Assembly (NCBI GenBank): GCA_051942245.1
Contig: JAVECL010000255.1
Span: 1 to 32,590 of the forward strand
Length of the DNA: 32,590 nt
Direction: 5' to 3'
Source: Trypethelium eluteriae
Taxonomy: Eukaryota
In this document: positions 23,301 to 32,590 of the stretch, piece after piece
Position numbering within the stretch: the first letter of the stretch is position 1
Layout: each line of letters begins with the position of its first letter
Program-made: the position numbers and the translations under genes
Notes under the pieces: generated by a model
Told to the model about the DNA's origin: nothing
Seen by the model: only the letters and a program-made list of their open reading frames with translations
Databases searched by the model: none

Positions 23301-25508
23301 TACACGCGACTTGGGATACTTTTGGCGACTGAATGTGTTCTGGCTCACACACACCTGAAAGCGTGTCGAAAATAGTCCACGAAGGACGGTCTGTAAGCTC
23401 CTTGAGGACAGTATCCAGGTACGATATAGTAGCTCGAAAAGTGCCATAATTGAACAGCTGTGCACCCATGGTGTGCCACTGCGCACCCTGGCCGGTGAAG
23501 ACGTACGCGACATTGCTGGTCTGTATAGAACTCGTGAAGATGCGAACATCAGTAGAAAGTCCCTGTGTAGGATGATTCTTGTCGACAATACGAAAGGATC
23601 GATGCTGCAACCGCGAACGCTTACAGCCCAGGGTATAAGCAATATCTGCTAAGCTCCACTTGTCAATGACCTGGGACAAAGCGTCAATGTTCAGCCGTAG
23701 CGAAGATGCGTTATGCGCAGAGAATGGTAGTAGCACCAATTGGCGAGTGGATGCCTTGGCACTGGCGATCTTCTTTGCTGGGGAAATGATAGGCGAGTGA
23801 AGCGGCGGAGTTGATGGAGGAGTCGGAATTGAAACTCCCTTTGACTGGGAGTCCTCGCCGCCGTTCGAGAGCCCATTTTGCAGATGTTCGCAAGAGTGGC
23901 CATTCAAATTTCCATTTCCGGACTGCCTGTTATCAGATAGAGGGCCTATGATGCCAGGCTTTTCGTAATCCGGCAGTACATTGTTGACGTGGTCGATGAT
24001 ACAATGACCGTTCGCGCCGCCGAAGCCGAACGAGTTGATACTTGCACGGCGAAGCTTACCTTCGGGCCACGCCACAGCGCCGTCCTTTACAACCACTACC
24101 TTGGCTCCTTCAAAGTCAATATTTGGATTCAACCTTTCGACGCCGAACGTTGGCGGTATCTCGCCTGCCTCTAGAGAAAGTACGATCTTCATGATGGATG
24201 CAAGCGCACTTGCCCCTTCGGTGTGACCCAGATTTGGCTTGATTGAGCCAATCAACAGGCGATCTTCCGGGGCATTTGATCTCGAGGATGCGAACACGTT
24301 GCCGACTGCGGACACTTCGAGAGGGTCGCCGACCTCAGTGCCTGTTCCATGGCACTCGAAAAATGTCGTGTCTGAGAAGGGGAGGTTACCAGCGTTCTCG
24401 TAGGCTTTGCGAATGGCATCTTCCTGTCCCCTCGCGCTTGGACGTGTAATACCTCCAGTTTTTCCATTGGCATTGACGGCCGTGCCTCGAATGAAGGCTC
24501 GGATTGGCAATCCATCTAATACGGCGATCGAAGACTTTTTCAAGTATAGGGCCGCAAAGCCTTCGCCTCGGGCATACCCGTCAGCAGAAGCGTCGAAAGT
24601 GTGGCATCGCGACGTTGGAGACAGCGCGCCAAGTTTGTCGAGCACAATCTGCATACTTGGGTCGCTAATCCAATTGGCTGCTGCTACGATGGCGCCGTCG
24701 CAATCGCCGTTGCGGATCGCGCTAACAGCTAGGTGCAGCGCGTACATGGACGACGAGCATGCTGTAGTAGTGGCGAGACTGTCGTCAGGTCGTGATCAGT
24801 ACATGCTCTTAGCTGAATTGCAGCGCACCGATGGGAGATCTGATTACCTTGGGCCGTGGAGATTGAAGACATAACTGATACGGTTGGCGAGAATGCTTGT
24901 CTCTGCACCTGTGGCTGCATATGACTTTGTATACTCCCATTCGCGCGCCTGAATCAGCAGGTGGTCAAGAGCAAAATTGCCAATGTAAACCCCAGTACGA
25001 GACCCTGCAATGCTTTCCCATGTCTCGCCGGCGTTCTCAAAAGCCTCGTATACTGTACGGAGTTACCGCTAAGGACTTCTCTCAATGAGATCTTCCTGCA
25101 GCAATTCTCACTTACCTACTTCGAGGAGCTTGCGCTGTGACGGATCCATTGTTTCGACCTCACGACCCACAATGCCAAAAAAGGCATGGTCAAAGAGTCG
25201 TGCATCATCATCAACGAGGAATCCGCCTCGTGTTCTAACAGATCCTGGGCGGTCTTGGTTGGCATGATAGAAGCCCTTGGCGAGAAAACGCGGCTCATCG
25301 TACTCCCGCCATCCATCCTGCTTGCTTCTCAATAGCTGCCACAGTCCGGCAGCATCTTTCACGCCTCCAGCCCATCGACAGCCTTCACACAGAAGAGGTC
25401 ATTTAGCAAAGCATAATCTTCAGACTCGCTTAAAGGAAAGGATGTCTCACCCATGCCAACGATCGCCACCGGCTCAATTTTTCCTTCCAGAATTGAAGGA
25501 ACTGACAT
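17365..25508 (-). pseudogene. Highly reducing iterative type I PKS (KS-AT-DH-cMT-ER-KR-ACP, ~2627 aa if repaired); disrupted as sequenced by a +1 frameshift (~22630) and an in-frame TAG (21433-21435)
   Basis: Exons 25508-25451, 25382-25116, 25052-24848, 24778-22208, 22148-17365 total 7885 nt (3n+1). KS EPVAIVGMGCR, TACSS, HGTGT, GHTEG. AT GHSSG, AYHSH. DH HRLLPDAVFP, HPTALD. MT EIGAGTG. ER LIQSATGGLG. KR TGGLGGLG, YIAAD. ACP GVDSL. PKS identity is certain; the pseudogene status could be a sequencing error. Confidence 0.9.
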
Positions 25509-25820
25509 GACTGCGGAAGATTTGTCTGAACTGGGTTGCTCTAATATACGTAGTAGCAGGCATGCAGCTTCAAGGATATCTAGGTAGGTAAGCTTTTATC
25601 TACACAAATCCTGCAATAAGCCTCCTTATCGATCCTTATGTGCCTCAGTCGTCAGAACTCGGAAGGTAATTTGAGAAAATACGGTGGGCGTTGAACAAGG
25701 AAAGATGGAACGGCCTGTAAACAGGACATACACTGATTAGGAAGCCACGATCGGTTTTAGGGACCTCTATGCACGGCTACATTCTTGCCGCAATTACCCA
25801 ATGGTAGCATATCACCATCA

Positions 25821-25903
25821 CCTTCGGTCAACCCATTCCAGCCTAATCCTTCGGTCACACCATTTCAGCTCAATCCTTCGATCAAACTATTGTAGCCTAA
25901 TCC
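25821..25903 (+). repeat. Three tandem 27-bp units in the PKS/O-methyltransferase divergent promoter
   Basis: CCTTCGGTCAACCCATTCCAGCCTAAT / CCTTCGGTCACACCATTTCAGCTCAAT / CCTTCGATCAAACTATTGTAGCCTAAT, then CC. Confidence 0.85.
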
Positions 25904-26335
25904 AATCTCCGCCGACTGATAGATAAGCGCACTCATGCCGTCGTTGGCACGAAATGGCGACCGATCACACGACTTAAGCCCAGAGTGATTGGGCAAGTCA
26001 TCCTGTATATGCCCAGAGTGAGGCACATGCACTGCTCCGCGCTTACGAGAAGGAAGCGGTGTGAGATGGCTATCTACATGTTGATTCTATCGAGTATTTA
26101 TTTGGGTGTTTTAGACTCTGTAGGTGCAGATGGAAGGGAAGCCACCTTAGGAGAGGGATGAGGTGACATTATGTCAGGCCCCCTTTATCGGCCGTGCCTC
26201 CCGTATTTTCGTGCCGCACGCCCTGTGTGGATTCCCTATTTGGACTCTTGAACTCCATGAAATTTCCTATCCATACAACCAGAACGATCTCTCCTGCTTC
26301 GTTTACTGGCGAAACTCTCAGTTACCCCGCTCGTC

Positions 26336-27834
26336 ATGTCTTCTCACGTTGAAAATTTTTCTATACTCCGTCTTGCTGAGGGCATCTTAGAGAATACCAA
26401 GGAAGTCATCAAATGTCTTCATAAGTCTAACGTAGCTCTTCCGACCTTTTCACCTACTTGTGAAGAGCTGCCAAGCACGCCAGACTTCCAGAAGCTTCAA
26501 AATCGCTTGAGGACGCAGCTAGAAGACTTGCAACTCCTAGTCGATGGCCCTCCACGATTCTACCGGCATTTTCTCATGCGAGGCTATGAAATTGCAGCCT
26601 TCCAGATCGCTCTGGACTTTGGCTTCTTCACCTTGGTGCCTAGTGAAGGGGATATCTCTGTGGGAGATCTAGCGAACAAAGCTGGACTGGACCAAGATCG
26701 TACCGGCCGTGTCATGCGTCTTCTAACCACCCATCGATTTTTCCAAGAAAGCAAGCCCGGCTTCTTCTCTCACAACTCCTTCTCAATTGCCCTCCAAGGA
26801 GATGATGAGCTAAGGTCCTTGGTACACTACTCGTGAGTTTTCATTCTCGAGATAGGTGTCAACACTGTGTAACCAATTGCTTGTAGGTTTGATGAGATGC
26901 TCAAAGCATCTGCAGAGTCAAGCGTTTCCATCAAGGCGGATCCTTTCGAGGCTGATAGTGTGCATTGTCCATTCTTCACGCGCTTTGGAGTTCCGATTTT
27001 TGACTATTACAAAAAGCATCCAGAACACTCTGGTCGCTTTAGCTAAGGCAATGGCTGGCTGGCGAAAAAGTGAGTATTCGCCTTTGCTTCGATTTTTAGG
27101 TTGATTGTGGACTGTGACTGAAGGAAGAGATGACGCTGACAAGCAACGATGAAGCTGTGAACAATATGGTCGAATTGAGAGACAACTACCCCTGGTCAGA
27201 TCTTAGAGGAACCGTTGTGGACGTTGGCGGTGGTAGCGGCCATGTCTCCATCGAATTAGCTCGCGTAAGTAGGAATTGCTTTCTGGATGCAACGTGATCA
27301 AAAAGTCTGACGCTATGTGTCTCCAAGCTTTTTCCTCATCTCAGATTCGTTGTACAAGACGGTAGCGATACCATGCTAGCTCAGGGCCAGCAGTTACTCA
27401 CCGACGATATTCGAGGTCGCATTTCGTTCACTCAGGCAAACTTCTTCGAGCCTCAGCAATACGTGCGTGCCTCCGCGTATCTCATCCGCCAGTGCACACA
27501 CAACTGGGCCGACCACGACGTGGTCACAATATTCAGGTCTATGGTACCTGGACTGGAGGGTTCAGCCCCAGAAACACCTCTACTAATAAACGACATGATC
27601 CTGCCGGAGCCGGGATCAAACGTGTCACGCATTTGGGAGCGCGAGAGACGGCAGGCCGATATGGTGATGTTGGTGTGCTTTGGGGCAAAGCAACGAACTG
27701 TCGCTGAATTCGAGGCCCTCTTGAACGAGGCCGACCCTAGATATGTGATTCGTAAAGTTAATGGTCAGGGCGCTCTGGGCCTTCTTGAGGTCTACCTTGA
27801 CCGAGAATGTGGGCCAAACAATGTCCATAGCTAA
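26336..27834 (+). pseudogene. SAM-dependent O-methyltransferase (Methyltransf_2/COMT type, ~431 aa if repaired); +1 frameshift at 27041 as sequenced
   Basis: Exons 26336-26832, 26887-27069, 27155-27264, 27328-27834 total 1297 nt (3n+1). Motifs: wHTH dimerisation region, VVDVGGGSGH, FVVQD, NFFEPQ, YLIRQCTHNWAD, ADMVML, QRTVAEF. Removing A27041 restores RFAKAMAG. Confidence 0.9.
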
Positions 27835-28506
27835 GGTGCAAGATACGTAAGTAATGGAAAGAACTTCGAAAAATGGAAAGCAAATTTGATAGTGGATAGG
27901 TGCGTCGCGTAAAAGTTGTGGACTTGTGCTGATGGAGGTGCCCGTTACTGCGCACCATGCTTGCATTGCTATCATATCGTATTGCGGACAATTTGCGGAT
28001 CATTTGGTGCATACCTATGCAGACTAGCAAAATCACACACGATTGAAGCCATAAATCGCGCTAGAATTAGCGGGTCAGAATAACTTAGCCCTAGTATTGA
28101 TAGGCTAAAGATAACATTAGCTTAAACAGTATTATTAAGGGTACTGAGGAACTCGCTGTGTAACTAAGAAGTTCTATCCTGTTTCTGATACGATTTTCAG
28201 AATCTGGATAAAACGCTATGTTGCTATCAGAATGAGACGAAATATATTAACCTCATTTCACTCTCATCCTAATACATCCTCGATATCAGAGAGTCAGAAG
28301 TGGAACTGAGCGGAGAATAGACCAGATGCAGGTGACGATAAGCATCCCTGAGCAGAGGCTGCCCAGTCCCAGACCGGGAGTTAACGCGGTAGCTTGGATT
28401 TCCTCATCTGGGGCAGCAAAACTCCTACTAGTCTGGGTGATCAAAGAAAGGCGCCGCCGGTTATAAATACATCCAATGTTACATAGAGCTGTCCTAAAGG
28501 CCTTCC

Positions 28507-29742
28507 TCAAGCTTGTAGTGCTGACTTAAGTTCCGGGTATTCTGGCACCAACCAGCCGCCCTTCTCGTCCTTTGAAAGCCGGGCGACGATGTCGGGAATA
28601 CGAAAGAACGCGAGTAGCCCAGCAATGAAGTGAAGAATCATGATCCCGAAGCTCGTCTTTGGCCATGCCAGTGTTACAAAGAGTGGATTGAACTTCTGGA
28701 TCTCGTTGACGAATGGCCGCAGCACCTTGTCATAGTTGGCAAATGCCTGGGGCAGATTGTTGCTGTTCCGGTTGATTTCTCCCGCAAGGACATACGCACC
28801 GACCAAGGCGCCTGTGGTACCCATGCCCGACAAGGGAGACGGGCAGTGGGCAGCATCTGCAAGAAGAACTACGCGGCCTTTCGACCACGTGTCTGTACGG
28901 ATTTGAACGACGTCCTGACAGTAGAAATTCTCCGTAGTCTTCATTCCTTGAAGGAGCCGATCCGTTTGCCAGCCTGATCCCTGGAATTTCTGGGCCCAGA
29001 ACTCTTTTTGCGTCTCAACCGGCGCTCTGAGAAGGCTTCTCAACTCCTCGGAGTCGTCTCTGAAAGTAAAGTACGCTTGACCTTCGGTCGGACTGTGAAC
29101 CCTAGACATGACCATCCGCGAGCCGGGTATATGATACATTTTGCGATAGTTGTTATCGGTGTCGGCGCGGGGCACAAACCAGTACCCCATGTATACTCCA
29201 AGCCGCCTGACAGTATCTGGTGAATCGGGTGGGAGAATGGCTTGCCGGATGCGTGAGCCTTGACCGTCTGCTCCGACTAGAAGATCGTATGTATCAATTT
29301 GGCCATCTGAGAAGTGCACGGTAACGCAACGCTCATCTTGCTCGAAGTGTTCGACTGTCTTGCCGAAGACGTAGTTGACATTATCTTTTGTCACATCGTA
29401 GAGTATCCGTACGAGATCTCCTCGCATGATCTCGTACTCCGAGGTTCCCGTCTGGGCGCCCTTGCCAGACTTGTTAGCCATGAAGGTTGCCTTGCTGTTG
29501 CCCTGAGTATCGACCATGACCACGCCCGCCTCATCGACGAGTTTGCTACGGATGACATCAAGCAAACCCATGCGCTTAGCAACCTGAATGCCCTGGGCGC
29601 GGAGGTCGATCTGGGCACCTGAAGCCCTGAGGGCTGGGAAGCGTTCCACAATGGTACAATGGTGGCCGCATCGGGCCAGCCAAAAGGCTAAGGAAGGCCC
29701 AGCACAACCACCACCGCAGATAAGAATCTTTAATGGAGCCAT
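28507..29742 (-). CDS. FAD-dependent monooxygenase (FAD_binding_3 / group A flavoprotein hydroxylase), 411 aa, intronless
   Basis: MAPLKILICGGGCAG (GxGxxG), LLVGADGQGSRIR (DG motif) and VVLLADAAHCPSPLSGMG (GD motif). Start moved to ATG 29742 from the non-ATG start in the ORF track. Confidence 0.93.
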   Translation of the reverse strand: MAPLKILICGGGCAGPSLAFWLARCGHHCTIVERFPALRASGAQIDLRAQGIQVAKRMGLLDVIRSKLVDEAGVVMVDTQGNSKATFMANKSGKGAQTGTSEYEIMRGDLVRILYDVTKDNVNYVFGKTVEHFEQDERCVTVHFSDGQIDTYDLLVGADGQGSRIRQAILPPDSPDTVRRLGVYMGYWFVPRADTDNNYRKMYHIPGSRMVMSRVHSPTEGQAYFTFRDDSEELRSLLRAPVETQKEFWAQKFQGSGWQTDRLLQGMKTTENFYCQDVVQIRTDTWSKGRVVLLADAAHCPSPLSGMGTTGALVGAYVLAGEINRNSNNLPQAFANYDKVLRPFVNEIQKFNPLFVTLAWPKTSFGIMILHFIAGLLAFFRIPDIVARLSKDEKGGWLVPEYPELKSALQA

Positions 29743-30590
29743 CGAGATGCAGAGATGCTGTTCCTGAACGATTGTTTCAGAAGTGAAGAGTTGCTGCCGA
29801 CTAAGAATAATACTCTGGAATGGGGCTTGGTTGATAAACAAACTCCATGCCTAACACGACGCCACCGGGTCATATGTTGTGCGCAAGGCTCTTGCCTCTA
29901 AGAAGCAGCCCTTATCGTCACTGGGATGGCCAGTGGACCACGTGCCATCCTAGGAATCATCCAGGAACCTCTGATGCTCTGACTCTTTTGTGTGGGCACG
30001 GTGGGTTGCCGTAAAGAGTCACTGAAATATCGGAAGGTTGCGCAAATACTTTGACCTCCTCATCTTTCGCAGCCAGTCATTGACGAGCCAGTCAAGCGCC
30101 TATCCGTCCCCACTTGCGAACCGCGTGGATCCAATCCTCGAATTAGGGGGGTGGAATATTCATAATGACTCATTCTGATGACAAAGGATGGATGTGGACC
30201 TCATGCACGGCTGTTGGTCCTGCGCTAGATAGCTAGCTCCGTGCCTGGCTGAGAAAAGCGAGTTCAAGCTCTGCCCGCAGGCGGCATAAAGATGTACGGC
30301 AGCGTGGGCTACAATTTTAGAAAGTAGCCTAAATATCTACTGCTAGCCATTCATAGACTACGACTCTACCTGTTGGCCGCACACTAACATAATGCTTTAA
30401 ACGAACGGTACTATCTAACTATCTATCTCCTGCAGGAGCTTGCCTGCGCTGGACTAGTTTAATGCTATGCTACACCTTGAGATCAGCTCACGAAGAGGCT
30501 ACGTTAGGTACTTGGACTCGAGTTAGTACCCGAACGAATAGCACTTAATGACACTCATACCAGATTCTTCCTCGTCACATATCATATGGC

Positions 30591-31483
30591 TCAGATCTTT
30601 GACTGAAGAACCTGGAATACATCGGCCCTGCCTCCCTCGAATCGTACTTCAGCTTCATTCCAGTTGATTATATTCCAGATATTCTTGACATAATCGGCTT
30701 TGCCGTTCAAATATTGCAAGTAGTAAGCATGCTCCCACCTAAAGCAGGTCAGCCAAATGTTCATCAGATGCAAACCGATCCACTCATTCTTACATGTCAA
30801 CACCTAAGATTGGCACATATTTGGCTTCTACCGGGTCCTGATCTTTAGTTGTAACAATGTCGAGCTTTCCGTTTTCCACTCCTTTCACTAGCCAGCCCCA
30901 GCCTGAACCTTGAATACCCAGTAGGGCAGCACTGAACTTGTCCTTGAATTTCTCCAAACCTCCAAAGTCGGCGTTTAATACTTTCGCTAAATTGGGTGCG
31001 TTGGAGGTGTCTGCGTGGGGGGATGATGCGGGTACTAGGCTTTTCCAAAACAGAGAGTGATTGATATGCCCACCGCCATTGAACTTAATGGCCTGCTGGT
31101 TCGCAATGCGAGTTGGAATGTCCGCAGACTCAGTCAGGGACGACTCGAGGGAAAGTGCTTTGTTGAGGTTCGTAACGTATGTTTGGTGGTGTTTGGAGTG
31201 ATGCAATGTCATGATCTGACTAGAGATATATGGTTCGAGTGCCTAGGCTCAGCTGCATATTAGCGTTCACTTCCTATTTGATTGCTCCCAGGTACTCTTG
31301 AGAGCGAGCCAAAAAAGTCCGGTGAAACTAGATCAATTCCCATACATCGTAAGCATAAGGTAGACTTGGCAGACTATACTCCGTCGGTGCCGAATCAATC
31401 GCGCAGGTTTGCTCAGAGCTTGCTGTTGGGTTCCAGGAAAGCGCGTAGAGGAAAGGAACGAGGAGTTGTTGAGTGAAGTTCAT
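30591..31483 (-). CDS. Manganese superoxide dismutase (Fe/Mn SOD family) with an N-terminal extension, ~244 aa
   Basis: Exons 31483-31346, 31242-30794, 30738-30591 (735 nt). Motifs [47 protein letters not shown] and DMWEHAYY. The start could instead be an upstream ATG (31507). Confidence 0.93.
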
Positions 31484-32590
31484 GATGACAACGTTCCGCA
31501 GTATCATTGGGATCACACCAAGAAAAAAGCAGACACTTAGAAAATGAGGCCATCGTGCTTATACAGTAAGGCTCCAAGCCTTCGGAGACCATGGCGAGTA
31601 ATCTTCCTCCGTCTGTCAGAACCCAAGCGCACGGATCTCCCGTTCGGCCCTTTCCGTTACGACCGGAGATAGGATATAACTGGGATCGCGCTTACCAGAC
31701 CGCCTTTCGGGAGCAGATCCGAGTATGTACTATTATCAGATGTCCTCCGACCTTCACAGTTCTACTGTACGTTCAGTAACCCTTGTATCTAGTTGTGGAT
31801 CATCCTCAGGGCCCATGGCGGCTACGTGTGTTCTTGTACACCACATTTCGATAGCGCGCAGCCTTCAGATTTGGCCCCGCTGATAACGTTCAAGTGGGAC
31901 AGAACCTTCGAGCCTCTCAAAACAGTCCATACGAAATGATTCAACGTAGGAAAATACTCATAAAACCCTACATGACGAAGTTGAAGATGAGGAAAGAATT
32001 ACAAGCTCAAAGTCTGGACCTGTCATGCAATTGTACGCTAGATCCTGGCAAGCCAGGCCTGATCGCTAAACTTATGTCTGAGAGTACTTACCTTCATGCC
32101 ATTGCTCAGACCAGGGAGGAGACCAGGTTCGCTAGGGTATTTAGTCAACAATCCTATGCTCTGATCTGTGAAGTCGTAATGACTGATCTAGTAGAACACC
32201 AGCTGGGTGGCTCAATCCGTGCGCTGTGATTGGACTCTCAGCTTAGCTTTCGTGTGACACTTAAAGTCTGATTCTAAGGATAAATTCGTTATATTCAATG
32301 GAGAGTAACAGGAGGAAGTAATTTATGAGATAATATGATGTTGCAGATAATAAATACACCTAAAAGTATGCTCATAAAAACTGCATCGTGAAACACATCA
32401 CTACGCATAAGAAATCATTAGCGACGCTTAAACAAGACTCGAGGGGAAAATCATAGCGAGATTCTAGAAGAAAAAAAAAATGAAAAATGAACAACATCAT
32501 ATCATCTCATCTCACCCTACCCATTAACCCCTACTTCCAAATCTTCCACACCGGCCTCTTCCTCCCCTGCTCCCCCGCAGGACTCACTCC

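Noticed and set aside
17365..24747. Four separate PKS genes as listed in the ORF track
   Set aside because: The domains are colinear and joined by one intron, one frameshift and one stop, so this is a single gene.
25821..25903. CRISPR-like reading of the 27-bp repeats
   Set aside because: Only three contiguous degenerate units with no unique spacers and no cas genes.
21433..27041. RIP leakage as the cause of the PKS/OMT lesions
   Set aside because: Two lesions are insertions and the third is probably T>A; genes nearer the repeat are intact.
28507..29841. Horizontal transfer of the intronless monooxygenase, and the longer 444-aa start
   Set aside because: Intronless members of this family are common in fungi and composition is not anomalous; the GxGxxG position supports ATG 29742.
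31591..32229. Short plus-strand ORFs (62 aa, 111 aa)
   Set aside because: No motifs; the region is upstream of the SOD and likely promoter or intergenic.
1..32590. Starship or other giant mobile element
   Set aside because: No tyrosine-recombinase captain or element boundary is visible; it cannot be excluded outside the window.

Overview
Filamentous-ascomycete genomic DNA in two sharply separated parts. Bases 1-9722 are an AT-rich, RIP-mutated transposon nest: a hAT DNA transposon (right end at 9722) whose transposase is interrupted by a complete 6.7-kb Ty3/Gypsy chromovirus (1290-8023, minus strand, 495-bp LTRs, GTGGT target-site duplication) and flanked by a third LTR copy at the window start. 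Each element carries an extra Cys-rich ORF relic that is readable once RIP transitions are reversed: an antisense Zn2Cys6-spaced ORF in the Gypsy and a DUF3716-like ORF in the hAT. Bases 9723-32590 hold spliced genes: a head-to-head pair of a P-loop-degenerate NACHT/STAND-like gene and a large AAA+ ATPase; a secondary-metabolite cluster (highly reducing PKS KS-AT-DH-cMT-ER-KR-ACP, divergent O-methyltransferase, FAD monooxygenase); and a MnSOD with an N-terminal extension. As sequenced, the PKS has a +1 frameshift and an in-frame TAG, and the O-methyltransferase has a +1 frameshift. Gene models were derived by hand, and family assignments come from motif recognition, not database searches.
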